Source: Acidobacteriota bacterium (GTDB lineage: Bacteria; Acidobacteriota; UBA6911; RPQK01; JAJDTT01). From it: DNA of 64,000 nt. Positions 38,412-48,515 of the stretch are shown in pieces (within the stretch, counting starts at the first letter, position 1; every line of letters begins with the position of its first letter). The notes under the pieces were generated by a model that ran no database searches, was not told the origin of the DNA, and was given only the letters and a program-made list of their open reading frames with translations. The translations under genes and the position numbers were made by a program. The stretch spans positions 640,001-704,000 of the forward strand of contig OZ242374.1 of the NCBI GenBank assembly GCA_965209055.1. Direction: 5' to 3'.

Positions 38412-41009
38412 GTGAGACTGCAAGCACCGAAATCTGCGGGACGTTTCGGCGGATCAGCAGCGATCCTGCCGCTGGTGCTGGCCATTGTCTTGGCCCTGTT
38501 TGCGGCGTCTCCCCAGGGAGAGCCGTTGCGGCCGGCCAGCAGCCACGCCCTAACCCTCGTCTCCGTCGAAATGTTTCCCGAGAAGGTGGATCTGAGAGGA
38601 GCGGATCCTTCACAGCGGTTCGTGGTGCTCGGCACCTTCTCCGACGGGCTGCAGCGCGACGTGACCTCACGCAGCAGTTTCGCTGTGGATAACGACGAGG
38701 TCGCCAAAATCGACGGGACTTCCCGAATCGTCGGCGTCTCCGAGGGCGAGACGAGAGTCCGGGTGGAGGTCGAAGGCCACACGGCGGAAGCGGCCATCCA
38801 GGTTCAGGACCTGGTCCGGGAAAAGACCTACAGCTTCACCCGGGACGTGGGCTCGATTCTCACCAAGCACGGGTGCAACAGCAGCGACTGCCATGGCGGC
38901 GTCAAGGGGCAGGGCGGATTCAAGCTCTCGCAGAACTCCCTCTACCCCGAGGATGACTACAAGTGGATCATGGAGGGGGGCACCTTCCATGTCCTCACCG
39001 ACAAATCGGACGAACCGAAGGTCCCCCGGATCGACCTGAAAGAACCGGAGAAGAGCCTGCTGCTGATGAAGCCGACCATGGCCATGGCACATGGAGGCGG
39101 ACCCAGATTCGCTCTGGACTCTCCCGACTACCGGACTATTCTGGGTTGGATTCAAGCGGGGGCTCCTTTCGGCGATGCGGCCGACAAGGAATCCGCCGGA
39201 ATCGACGGCGTGGAGGTGTTTCCCCACAAGTTCGTGCTGGAGCCGGGCGGAACCCAGCAACTGGTGGTAATGGCTCACCTTTCGGACGGGCGGAGCCAGG
39301 ATATCAGCGACCAGGTGCTCTACTCCTCCATCAATCCCGCGGTCGTGAGCGTGGGCAACGACGGGACGGTGAAGGCGGTCGGCAAGGGAGAGACGGCGAT
39401 CATGATCCGCGCGGCCGGCCACGCGGTCAGTGCGCTCGCCGGAGTGATCACGGACCTGATTCCAGACTACCCGGCCGTTCCCGCAGAGAACTACATCGAC
39501 GAATACGTCTTCTCCAAACTCCGGCGCTTCAACATCGTTCCTTCCGGCCTTTCGAGCGATGCCGAGTTTCTGAGACGAGTGTGCCTCGATCTGGCGGGCA
39601 CGATGCCGCCGCCCAACCGCGTCCGCGAGTTCCTGGCTTCCCAGGACCCGCAGAAGCGGGAAAAACTGATCGACACGCTGCTCGACTCCCCGGAATACGT
39701 CGACTATTGGACCTATCGCTTTTCTCAACTGTTTCGAGTGGGGCGCCTGGTGAACGGCGGTACGACCGAGTTCAACGCGGCGTATTGGGAATGGATCCGG
39801 GACAGCGTCATCGACGGAAAACCGTACGACCAGATGGCCCGGGAACGGATCTCCGCACAGGGGTGGGACGGGCCCTCCCGGCATTTCACCCGGTTCGCCA
39901 CCGAGAACGACCCGACCGGTCCCCAAGAGGTGATGGGGGAGCAGATCCGGCTCTTCATGGGCCGCCGGCTGGATTGCGCCCAGTGTCACAACCACCCCTT
40001 CGACAGTTGGAGCCAGGACCAGTTCTGGGGGCTGACGGCGTTCTTCGGCAGCCTGGTTCAGGTCGGATGGTCGGACGAGACCGACATGGTGATCTTCGAC
40101 AACCCCGCCGGCCGGGACTATGCCTGGGGCCAGCCGGAGGACGTCGCCAAGGTCATTCATCCGCGCACCAAGAAAGAGGTGAAGGCGACGTTGCCCGACG
40201 GCACCCCTCTGCCCGCGGACAGGAAGTTCGACCCGCGGATGGCTCTGGCGGAATGGATCACCGGGCATCCCCACTTCGCGGAAGCGACGGTGAACCGGAT
40301 CTGGAGTTATTTCTTCGGGCGGGGGATCGTCGATCCGGTGGACGACTTCCGGTCCACCAATCCTCCCTCGCACCCGGATCTGCTCGCCGCCCTGGCCGAC
40401 GAATTCAGGAGCCAGGGGCACGATATGAAGAAGCTGATCCGGACCATCGTTCGCTCCCGGGCCTATCAACTGACGTCGGTCCCCAACGAGACGAACCGCC
40501 ACGACACCACGAATTACTCCCACTTTCAGCCCCGGCCCCTGGACGCCGAGCTGTTCCTGGACGCCATCTCCTTCGTGACGGGGGTGACCGACGAGAAGTA
40601 CCTGGATACGACGAGAGGCCATGAGCCGGTGGGAACCCGGGCCATGAACCTGAAGAACTGGTCCATCGACCACAGCCAGTTCATGGAGGTCCATGGCCGC
40701 TACGACCGGGCCGGCAAGCCGAACAAGCCCGGACCCACCCTGTTGCAGGCCCTGCATTCCTTTTCGGGCCGGACCTACAACGAGAAAATCGGGCGCGAAG
40801 GCGGAAGGCTGGACCGGATGATCCGGAGCGGCCGCTCCAACGAAGAGATCGTGGAAGAACTTTACCTGCTGGCGTTTACCAGATTTCCGAGCCGGGACGA
40901 ACTCGATCGCCTGTTGCGGTTGATCGAAGAGAGCCCTTTCCCGAAAACGACTCTGGAGGATCTGACCTGGGCTTTGATCAGTTCCCGGGAGTTTGCGTAT
41001 AACCATTGA
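38412..41009 (+). CDS. Ig-like (Big_2) + DUF1549 + DUF1553 protein
   Basis: GCNSSDCHG, KSLLLMKPT, EFLRRVCLDL, CAQCHNHPF, NPPSHPDLL, SSREFAYNH. Confidence 0.9.
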   Translation: MRLQAPKSAGRFGGSAAILPLVLAIVLALFAASPQGEPLRPASSHALTLVSVEMFPEKVDLRGADPSQRFVVLGTFSDGLQRDVTSRSSFAVDNDEVAKIDGTSRIVGVSEGETRVRVEVEGHTAEAAIQVQDLVREKTYSFTRDVGSILTKHGCNSSDCHGGVKGQGGFKLSQNSLYPEDDYKWIMEGGTFHVLTDKSDEPKVPRIDLKEPEKSLLLMKPTMAMAHGGGPRFALDSPDYRTILGWIQAGAPFGDAADKESAGIDGVEVFPHKFVLEPGGTQQLVVMAHLSDGRSQDISDQVLYSSINPAVVSVGNDGTVKAVGKGETAIMIRAAGHAVSALAGVITDLIPDYPAVPAENYIDEYVFSKLRRFNIVPSGLSSDAEFLRRVCLDLAGTMPPPNRVREFLASQDPQKREKLIDTLLDSPEYVDYWTYRFSQLFRVGRLVNGGTTEFNAAYWEWIRDSVIDGKPYDQMARERISAQGWDGPSRHFTRFATENDPTGPQEVMGEQIRLFMGRRLDCAQCHNHPFDSWSQDQFWGLTAFFGSLVQVGWSDETDMVIFDNPAGRDYAWGQPEDVAKVIHPRTKKEVKATLPDGTPLPADRKFDPRMALAEWITGHPHFAEATVNRIWSYFFGRGIVDPVDDFRSTNPPSHPDLLAALADEFRSQGHDMKKLIRTIVRSRAYQLTSVPNETNRHDTTNYSHFQPRPLDAELFLDAISFVTGVTDEKYLDTTRGHEPVGTRAMNLKNWSIDHSQFMEVHGRYDRAGKPNKPGPTLLQALHSFSGRTYNEKIGREGGRLDRMIRSGRSNEEIVEELYLLAFTRFPSRDELDRLLRLIEESPFPKTTLEDLTWALISSREFAYNH

Positions 41010-41063
41010 CCGCCGCTTGGCGTTTTTAGGCGTTTTGCGAAGTCGCCGACGGAGAAACCAACG

Positions 41064-42440
41064 ATGTTGAGAAAAGCAGGTTGCCTGGATTACCGGCTCG
41101 CCAGTCGAAGGGACTTCTTGCGACTGGGCTCTCTCAGTCTTCTGGGAGCCAACCTCACGCATTACCTTCAGTTCAAGAGCCTGATGGCGAGTGCGGGAGT
41201 GGATATCGAGAAGGAGGCCACGGCCAAATCGATCATCGTGCTCTGGCTGGAGGGTGGACCGAGTCACATCGACACGTACGATCCCAAGCCCAACAGTTCG
41301 TTCAAGCCGATTTCGACGAACGTTCCGGGAATTCAGGTGACGGAGCTCTGTCCTCTCGTCGCCCAGCAGATGGACAAGATCGCCGTCGTCCGGTCCGTCC
41401 GCTCGGAGGAAGCCAACCACTTCGAGGGCGCCCACAACGTGCTCACCGGACATCGTCCCAGTGCGGCCATGGCGTTCCCCAGCGTCGGGTCCATCATCAC
41501 CAAGGAGTTGGGTCCCATAAACACCATGCCCCCGTACGTCCTGGCCCCCCAGTTCGACGTGGACCGGCAATACGAAGTGCTCTGGAAGAGCGCCCACCTG
41601 GGGGCGAAATACGATCCCTTGATCCTGGGCGACCCCACGGGGTGCAGCTTCAAGGACATCACCACGGTCTGCGACCCCGACTTCGCGGTCGCGGATCTGA
41701 CGCTCCCCAAGGGATTGCCGATGGAGCGGCTGGAGTCCCGGCTTTCGATGCTGGAGATGGTCGACTCCATCTATCGCAAGAAGGTGGAAAAGGCCGAGTT
41801 CACCGCCATGGACGGTTTTCGTGAGCAGGCGCTGCAGATGATTCTGCAGCCCGAGGTCCGGGAAGCGTTCGAACTGACGCGGGAGCCGGAAAAAGTTCGA
41901 GACGCCTACGGCCGAAACGGCTTCGGACAGAGCGTGCTCCTGGCCCGGCGCCTGGCGGAAAGGGGATCCCGTTTCGTGACGGCGGCCGGCTACAAGTTCA
42001 ACGAGTGGGACACGCACGGCAACAACGACAAGCAGCACAAGGACGCGTTGGTTCCGCCCCTCGATCAGGCCCTCTCCGCCCTGCTGGTCGACTTGGACGA
42101 GCGAGGGATGCTGGATACGACCATGGTCATCGTCATGGGCGAGTTCGGACGGACCCCGAACCACAACGCCAGCGGCGGACGGGACCACTGGCCCCATGCC
42201 TGGACCCTGCTCATGTCCGGCGGCGGAGTCAAAGGCGGCATGGTGCTCGGAGCCAGCGATGAAAGAGGCGCCCACGTGGCGGAGCGCGAGGTTTCCATCG
42301 GAGACATCTACGCCACCGTGTACAAGGCGATGGGAATCGACTGGACCAAGGAATACATGACTCCGATCGGACGTCCCGTGAAGATCGCCAACTCCTTCGA
42401 GGACAAGACCGGGAAGCCCATTCAGGAACTCCTCGGCTAG
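41064..42440 (+). CDS. DUF1501 domain protein (Tat-exported)
   Basis: SRRDFL, WLEGGPSHIDTYDPKP, LLARRL, WDTH, GEFGRTP, GRDHWP. Confidence 0.93.
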   Translation: MLRKAGCLDYRLASRRDFLRLGSLSLLGANLTHYLQFKSLMASAGVDIEKEATAKSIIVLWLEGGPSHIDTYDPKPNSSFKPISTNVPGIQVTELCPLVAQQMDKIAVVRSVRSEEANHFEGAHNVLTGHRPSAAMAFPSVGSIITKELGPINTMPPYVLAPQFDVDRQYEVLWKSAHLGAKYDPLILGDPTGCSFKDITTVCDPDFAVADLTLPKGLPMERLESRLSMLEMVDSIYRKKVEKAEFTAMDGFREQALQMILQPEVREAFELTREPEKVRDAYGRNGFGQSVLLARRLAERGSRFVTAAGYKFNEWDTHGNNDKQHKDALVPPLDQALSALLVDLDERGMLDTTMVIVMGEFGRTPNHNASGGRDHWPHAWTLLMSGGGVKGGMVLGASDERGAHVAEREVSIGDIYATVYKAMGIDWTKEYMTPIGRPVKIANSFEDKTGKPIQELLG

Positions 42441-42442
42441 GA

Positions 42443-42517
42443 GGAGCGGCGGTTTCCAACCGCCGATTCCCAGCAAACACTGAAGAACAGAGGGGGACAG
42501 GAATGCCCCCCCTTCCT
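42443..42517. repeat. Inverted REP-like doublet between convergent genes
   Basis: GGAGCGGCGGTTTCCAACCGCCGATTC and AGAGGGGGACAGGAATGCCCCCCCTTCCT. Confidence 0.75.
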
Positions 42518-42524
42518 ATCGCCC

Positions 42525-44828
42525 CTACGGGGCTCGATTCAATTCTCTCAACAGATCCAAGGCGGATTGCCGGATGGCGGGGTCCCGGCTCTCGGACGCC
42601 TTCCGCAAATGGGTCATCGCCTGTTGCAGATTCCCCGAGAGGGCGAGGACGGCACCGTAGCTGTAGTGCGTCCGATGATGGGCAGGGTTCAGTTCCAGGG
42701 CCTTCTCGAAATAGGTGACGGCCTCTTCGATCTTGCCATCTGACGCCAGAATCTCCGCCATCAAACTGTGAGCGTCCGTCCGCTTGGGGTCCAGCTTGAG
42801 TGCGTCGTCCAGATAGTTCCGAGCCCGCTCGTAGAGCCCCCTCTGGGCCAGGATGGCCGCATAGTCCAGGTAGATCTGCACGTCCGACGGATTGTTTTCG
42901 ATAGCCCTCTCAAGATGAAATTCCGCCTCGCCCCAGTCTCCCCGAGCCACCAGGACGGTGGCGAGATTGTGATGGGCGGCCGGCAAATCCGGCTCCAGTC
43001 GGACAGCCTCGCGCAACACCGTTTCCGCCTCGCCGAACAGCCCGGTTTCAAGCAGAAGCGCTCCCAGGTTGCTGTGCGCCTCCGAGCGCTCCGGGTCCGG
43101 CTTGATGGCTTCCCTCAAGGTCTTCACCGCTTCGTCGACCCGCCCCGCTTCCCGGTGGAGGAGAGCCAGGTCGTTGAGAATCGCTCCCGGCTCCGGATCG
43201 TTCCGTGACGCCCGCTCCAGGACGGTCACGGCCCGGGAAAGCTGGCCGGACCGGGCCAGGGCCAGTCCCTGGCGGTGAAGGGCGGACCAAAAATCGGGCT
43301 GCCGGCGCAGGGCCTCCTCATACATGGGAATCGCCTTGGCGAACTGCCCCGTCTCGAAATAGGCCTCGCCCAGATGATGGTAAAACTCGGGCTCCGACGG
43401 CTGGTGGGTCTGGATCGCTCTCTCCAGATTCGCGATTCCCGCTTCCAGATTCGACTTGTCCTCCACTTGCGCCACGGCCAGATAGAGTTCCTTATCACGC
43501 GTTGCGACCCGGCTCGGATAGTAGAGCTTCACTTCGCCTTGATACGGCCTCCGGTAAAAGGGTTCCTCCTCCAATGGGGCCAGAAGATCCCGCTCCGGCT
43601 TGAAACGCTGGATGTAGTGATCGGTCATCACGGCGTGAACGACGTCGTCGGTCCGGCGCTTCGGCATGTGACAGGTCAGGCATTCCGACGACGAAGTGTG
43701 TTCCCTTGACGCGATCTGCTCGTCGAGCGCCGACGCGTGGCAGCTCCGGCAGACTTCCGCGTAATGGCGCGCGGCGGCCTCTCCCCGGGGGATGTCATGA
43801 GGATCATGGCAGGTGACGCAGGTCATCGCTCCGCCGCTCTCCTGGAAACAGAGTGACTGGCGCAGCCGGTAGGCGGCATTGACGATGACGAACTTGTCGT
43901 CATGTCCGGCGCCCGGGGCATGATCGAAATGGAGGACGTAGTTGGCCAGTTCCTCGCCCGGCCGAAAGGAGAACACGCCCCGCCCGTAGCGGTGAATGAA
44001 CGGCGGCAGCCGGGCGCTGGTGGTCTCCAAATGGCACTGCATGCAGACTTCCATCTGCCGCTCCGGACTCATCCTTCCCGGGTTTTGAATGCTGGCTCGA
44101 ACCGCTTCCAACGAGCCGTCCTCCTTCTTTGCCACGGCGACGTGGTCCTGCCCGGGCCCGTGGCAGCGCTGACAGTCGATGCCTTCCGGGATGTTCCCCC
44201 TGAAATAGGAGGGCCGTCCGAAGGAGTCGCTTCCCGGCTCGATCTCCGGATACGCGTTGTGACAGAACATGCAGCCGTGATGGATTCTCCGCTGGAATCC
44301 ATGGTGGGAACGCGAGTCGTAGCCGGGACTCATGGCCCAGAAAGACCCCTTCTCGCTGTACCAGCTCACCGGAAGCTCGAAGAGCTTGCCGTCGGGCGCG
44401 TGGTGGAGGTAGGTCCGCGTCCGGTTGCCGGAGCCCACTACGAAGTGGATCTCCTTCTCCACCACGTTGACTTCCTTGCCGCCGTACCCGATCTGGTGGC
44501 GCCGCTGGAAGTACCGGCCGTCCCGCTCGAACATGGTGTAGTAGCGCTTTGAGGCCGCGTGGTAGTAGACGTTGTTTCCGGTCCAGTCTTCGACCGCCTT
44601 CTCGGGCCGCATTCGATAGAAAGAGCGGCCCATCCCCGTATGTTGGTAGGTCTTGTAGATATCCGAATGACAGGGCCGGCAGGAATCGGCGCCGAGGTAG
44701 CCGGCGTCATTCCCGGATACGGGAAGAGGTTCCGGAGCTTGACCGGAACGCCAGAAGGCGGCACCGAGGATGAAGGCTGGAATCAGCAGAAACAAGGCCG
44801 GGGAGGACTTCAAAACCGCCGTCAGCAT
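42525..44828 (-). CDS. Multiheme cytochrome c (7 CxxCH) fused to C-terminal TPR array
   Basis: CRPCH, CMFCH, CQRCH, CMQCH, CVTCH, CRSCH, CLTCH; N-terminal anchor; ~9 TPRs. Confidence 0.88.
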   Translation of the reverse strand: MLTAVLKSSPALFLLIPAFILGAAFWRSGQAPEPLPVSGNDAGYLGADSCRPCHSDIYKTYQHTGMGRSFYRMRPEKAVEDWTGNNVYYHAASKRYYTMFERDGRYFQRRHQIGYGGKEVNVVEKEIHFVVGSGNRTRTYLHHAPDGKLFELPVSWYSEKGSFWAMSPGYDSRSHHGFQRRIHHGCMFCHNAYPEIEPGSDSFGRPSYFRGNIPEGIDCQRCHGPGQDHVAVAKKEDGSLEAVRASIQNPGRMSPERQMEVCMQCHLETTSARLPPFIHRYGRGVFSFRPGEELANYVLHFDHAPGAGHDDKFVIVNAAYRLRQSLCFQESGGAMTCVTCHDPHDIPRGEAAARHYAEVCRSCHASALDEQIASREHTSSSECLTCHMPKRRTDDVVHAVMTDHYIQRFKPERDLLAPLEEEPFYRRPYQGEVKLYYPSRVATRDKELYLAVAQVEDKSNLEAGIANLERAIQTHQPSEPEFYHHLGEAYFETGQFAKAIPMYEEALRRQPDFWSALHRQGLALARSGQLSRAVTVLERASRNDPEPGAILNDLALLHREAGRVDEAVKTLREAIKPDPERSEAHSNLGALLLETGLFGEAETVLREAVRLEPDLPAAHHNLATVLVARGDWGEAEFHLERAIENNPSDVQIYLDYAAILAQRGLYERARNYLDDALKLDPKRTDAHSLMAEILASDGKIEEAVTYFEKALELNPAHHRTHYSYGAVLALSGNLQQAMTHLRKASESRDPAIRQSALDLLRELNRAP

Positions 44829-44969
44829 AGCAAAAGCGCCGAGAATCCCTCAAACCTGATTTTGTTGATCCTACGCTCCTCTGGGCCTCCTGGCCGTTGT
44901 ATACTCATCGCCGACACCAACCCCCAACGGAGTTCAACAGCGATCGCAAGCGTCTTGAATCGGCTCGCC

Positions 44970-45911
44970 ATGTTCCCACTGTTCCCGCTCCTGCTGGCTC
45001 TCGGCGGGACCGCTCTGGGGGCAAACCTCGACGCGCTCGACGCCAAGGAAACCGAAGAAGGCGTCTTGATCACGGAGGGCGGCCAACCGGTCCTTTTTTA
45101 CCAGCGGCGCACCAAGTCTCATCGGGGCAAGATGCCCCGGGCCAACTACATTCATCCGCTGTATGGCCTGGATGGCCATGTTCTGACGGAAGATTTTCCT
45201 GAAGATCATCTTCACCACCGAGGCGTCTTCCTCGGGTGGCACCAACTCACCGTCGACGGAAAGCCCGCAGGGAACCCGTGGCGGGCAGAGAATATGGATT
45301 TCGATGTGCGCAACGTCGAGATCCTGTCCGATGACAACAATCGGCTGACTCTAGCCACTCATGTCTGGTGGAGATCCCATGTCCTGCGCGAATCCAACGG
45401 CGATCCCAAACCGATCGTTCGGGAAAAGGTGAAGGTCCGAGTCGGCGCCGTCCGGGACGACATCCGTCCCATCGATTTCGACATCCGGCTGCAAGCCATG
45501 GTCGATGGCGTCCGGCTGGGTGGGTCCGCGGGAAAGAAAGCCTATGGGGGCTTTACGATCCGGCTCGGCTTGCCGGAAGACACCCGTTTCACCAGCGAGA
45601 TAGGGGAGCTCGAGCCCATAGAGACTCCGCTGACGGCTGGTCCCTGGATGGATCTGACCGGCACGTTCGACGCCGAGACCGGAGTTTCCGGGTTGACCAT
45701 ACTTTGCCATCCGGAGACGCCGGGAATGCCCCGCCGTTGGGTCTTGCGCCGGGGTAGAAGCATGCAGAACCAAGTCTACCCCGGGCGGGTTCCGGTCCCG
45801 ATCTCCAAGGAGACGCCCGTCCGGCTGCGTTATCGAATGCTGATCCACCGGGGTGAGCTGGCCCCGGAAAGAATCGCGGAAATGTTGCGGCAATATGGAG
45901 AGGACAAGTGA
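44970..45911 (+). CDS. DUF6807 / 'PmoA-family' exported beta-sandwich protein
   Basis: YIHPLYGLDG…DHLHHRGVF…YGGF…HP; signal peptide from ATG 44970 (start approximate). Confidence 0.75.
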   Translation: MFPLFPLLLALGGTALGANLDALDAKETEEGVLITEGGQPVLFYQRRTKSHRGKMPRANYIHPLYGLDGHVLTEDFPEDHLHHRGVFLGWHQLTVDGKPAGNPWRAENMDFDVRNVEILSDDNNRLTLATHVWWRSHVLRESNGDPKPIVREKVKVRVGAVRDDIRPIDFDIRLQAMVDGVRLGGSAGKKAYGGFTIRLGLPEDTRFTSEIGELEPIETPLTAGPWMDLTGTFDAETGVSGLTILCHPETPGMPRRWVLRRGRSMQNQVYPGRVPVPISKETPVRLRYRMLIHRGELAPERIAEMLRQYGEDK

Positions 45912-45955
45912 TTTACGCCCCTCGGGAACGAACAGCCTCTCCTTCCTGATTCCCT

Positions 45956-46981
45956 ATGCAACCTCCGGCCTACAAGGTGGCTGCCGCTCACGTGGCCCCG
46001 GTGTTCCTCGACCAAGAAGCCACGCTGGAAAAGGCCTGCGCCCTGATCGGCGAAGCCGCCCGCAACGGCGCTCAGCTCATCGTCTTTCCGGAGACTTACA
46101 TACCGGCCTTCCCACTCTGGTGCGCCCTGCAGGCCCCCATCGAAAACCATGCTCTTTTCTGCCAGCTCGCTGGCGGCAGTCTGCGGGTGGACGGGCCGGA
46201 AATCGGCATGGTTGCAGACGCGGCCCGCCGCAGCGGCATTTTCGTCTCCCTGGGATTCAACGAGGTCTCGCCAATCAGCGACGGGTGCCTCTGGAACGCC
46301 AACATCCTCTTGAGCGACCGGGGGGACCTGCTTTGCCACCACCGCAAGCTGGTTCCGACCTTTTACGAGAAACTGGTCTGGGCGCCCGGGGACGGCAGCG
46401 GACTTCAGGTGTCCGAGACCCGGCTGGGTCGAGTGGGGATGCTGATTTGCGGAGAGAACACCAATCCGCTGGCCCGTTTTGCCCTGCTGGCCCAGGGCGA
46501 ACAGGTCCATCTCTCCACCTACCCGCCCATGTGGCCCACCCGAAATCCCGCCACCGGCGGCAACTACGATCTCAAGCAGGCGATACTGATTCGGGCCGGC
46601 GCCCATTCCTTCGAAGGCAAGGTCTTCAACGTGGTGGCCTCCGGCTTCCTGGATGCGGCGGCCCGGGAGCTTCTGGGCCGACTGACCCCGGAGGCCGGGA
46701 GCGTTTTGGACGGGAGCCCCAGAGGCATCTCGGTGGTCATGGGTCCGGAGGGAACCCCGGTCAGCCAGATTCTCCAGGACGAGGAAGGCCTCCTCTACGC
46801 CGAAATCGATCTCTCCCAAACGGTGGCTCCCAAGCAGATCCACGACGTGGTGGGCGGGTACAACCGGTTCGACGTCTTCAAGCTCACCGTGGACCGGTCC
46901 TCCAGATCGCCCGTCAACTTCGAAACCACAGACCCTCGTCTCCAATCGGTTGATGCCGACCCACTCGAAGAGGAGGCATGA
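45956..46981 (+). CDS. Nitrilase / carbon-nitrogen hydrolase
   Basis: E-K-C triad: FPET, HRKLVPTFYE, LICGEN; DVVGGYNRFDVF. Confidence 0.92.
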   Translation: MQPPAYKVAAAHVAPVFLDQEATLEKACALIGEAARNGAQLIVFPETYIPAFPLWCALQAPIENHALFCQLAGGSLRVDGPEIGMVADAARRSGIFVSLGFNEVSPISDGCLWNANILLSDRGDLLCHHRKLVPTFYEKLVWAPGDGSGLQVSETRLGRVGMLICGENTNPLARFALLAQGEQVHLSTYPPMWPTRNPATGGNYDLKQAILIRAGAHSFEGKVFNVVASGFLDAAARELLGRLTPEAGSVLDGSPRGISVVMGPEGTPVSQILQDEEGLLYAEIDLSQTVAPKQIHDVVGGYNRFDVFKLTVDRSSRSPVNFETTDPRLQSVDADPLEEEA

Positions 46982-47058
46982 CCAACGTGCCCGCCACGCC
47001 AAAATTTCCTCGTCCTTTGTCACTCTTTTCTCATTCCTCATTCCTGTAGACTGACGCA

Positions 47059-48465
47059 ATGATTCGACCAGCGAAGCAGCACTCCACATTCGGCCTTCTT
47101 GCATCGATCTCCTTCCTGCTCCTTGGTTTCGCTGCCTGCAGTCCTCCCGAGAGCGCCCCTGATGTCCAGACATCTGGGGAGACTTGGGAAAAGCCGAACA
47201 TCGTCCTGATCCTGGCGGACGATCTGGGTTACGGAGACCTGGGCCTCTACGGCCATCCCGAGGCCAAGACTCCCAACATCGACCGCCTGGCCATGGAGGG
47301 CGCGCATTTCACCCAGCATTACGCCAACGGGCCGGAGTGCACGCCGACCCGGACGGCACTCTTGACCGGGCGTTATCAGCAACGGGCCGGCGGACTGGAG
47401 TGCGCCATCGGCACCGGCAACGTGGGCCGTTACGACGACGCCATCCGGTTGGCCGAGCAACGGGAGTTGGGGCTTCCGCCGGAGCTAGCGGTGATGCCCG
47501 GGGCATTGAAGGAATCCGGCTACGTCTCCGGCACCTTCGGCAAGTGGCACCTGGGTTACGAACCGCATTTCAACCCGCTGGAACACGGCTGGGACGAGTT
47601 TTTCGGCTACCAGGGCGGCAACGTGCACTACTTCAACCACCGGGAATTGAGCGACCTGCACGTCCTCTTCGACGGAAGAATGCCGGTCTATCGGGAAGGG
47701 TATATGACCCACCTGATCACCGACTCATCCATCGATTTCATCCAGCGGCACAAAGACCGTCCCATGTTTCTCTATGTGGCCCACGAAACACCTCACTTCC
47801 CTTTTCAGGGGCCCGAGGACCAGGACAAGGTGGTCACCAAGGAGAACTGGATGGAGAGTGACCCGGCCACCTACGTCGCCATGCTGGAGGACATGGATTC
47901 GGAAGTCGGGCGGTTGCTTGCTGCCATCGACGACGCAGGGCTCCGGGAAAAGACCATCGTCATCTTCGTCTCGGACAACGGCGGACTGAAGGGGGCAGCC
48001 AACATGGCTCCCTTGCGAGGCGCCAAGGGGACGACGCTGGAAGGAGGCATCCGCGTCCCCCTCATCATTCGCTGGCCCGGCCGTATCGAAGCGGAGACCA
48101 AGAGCGAACAGGTCTCTGCGACCTTCGACCTGACTCGATCGTTCCTCAAATTGGCCGGGGCCGGCGTGCCGGCGGAACGGCTGGACGGCTACGACATCAT
48201 CGGTCACGTGGCGGAGAACCGCGAAGATTTCGACCGCACGTTGTTCTGGCGCGGCCGGCGCGGCGACAGGACCTGGGCCGCCGTGCGCGACAGCGATCTC
48301 AAGTACATCCGACTGATCGAAGGTGAGCGGACGGAGGAATGGATGTACAATCTCTCCACCGACATCCACGAGGACAACGACCTGCTCAAAACCAGATCGG
48401 AAGACGCCGATCGATTGAAGGGACTCCTGGGCCAATGGGAAGCCGATATGAAGCCGGCACGGTGA
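47059..48465 (+). CDS. Arylsulfatase-family (S1) lipoprotein
   Basis: Lipobox FAAC, PNIVLILADDLG, CTPTR, GKWHLG, SDNGG, KGTTLEGGIRVP. Confidence 0.93.
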   Translation: MIRPAKQHSTFGLLASISFLLLGFAACSPPESAPDVQTSGETWEKPNIVLILADDLGYGDLGLYGHPEAKTPNIDRLAMEGAHFTQHYANGPECTPTRTALLTGRYQQRAGGLECAIGTGNVGRYDDAIRLAEQRELGLPPELAVMPGALKESGYVSGTFGKWHLGYEPHFNPLEHGWDEFFGYQGGNVHYFNHRELSDLHVLFDGRMPVYREGYMTHLITDSSIDFIQRHKDRPMFLYVAHETPHFPFQGPEDQDKVVTKENWMESDPATYVAMLEDMDSEVGRLLAAIDDAGLREKTIVIFVSDNGGLKGAANMAPLRGAKGTTLEGGIRVPLIIRWPGRIEAETKSEQVSATFDLTRSFLKLAGAGVPAERLDGYDIIGHVAENREDFDRTLFWRGRRGDRTWAAVRDSDLKYIRLIEGERTEEWMYNLSTDIHEDNDLLKTRSEDADRLKGLLGQWEADMKPAR

Positions 48466-48515
48466 CCGCGCCGATAAATTGTGTGTTTACGGGTCCGTAG
48501 AGCGAGGAACAACCT

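Noticed and set aside
38667-42476. 1269-aa minus-strand ORF (and similar long ORFs at 6097-8553, 8487-10598, 8546-11338, 11368-13383, 14709-16976)
   Set aside because: Antisense or off-frame shadows of well-supported genes; expected from high GC3 codon bias, no recognisable motifs.
44970-45911. Methane monooxygenase (pmoA)
   Set aside because: Soluble exported DUF6807-type protein; lacks the multi-TM profile of true PmoA and no pmoB/pmoC nearby.
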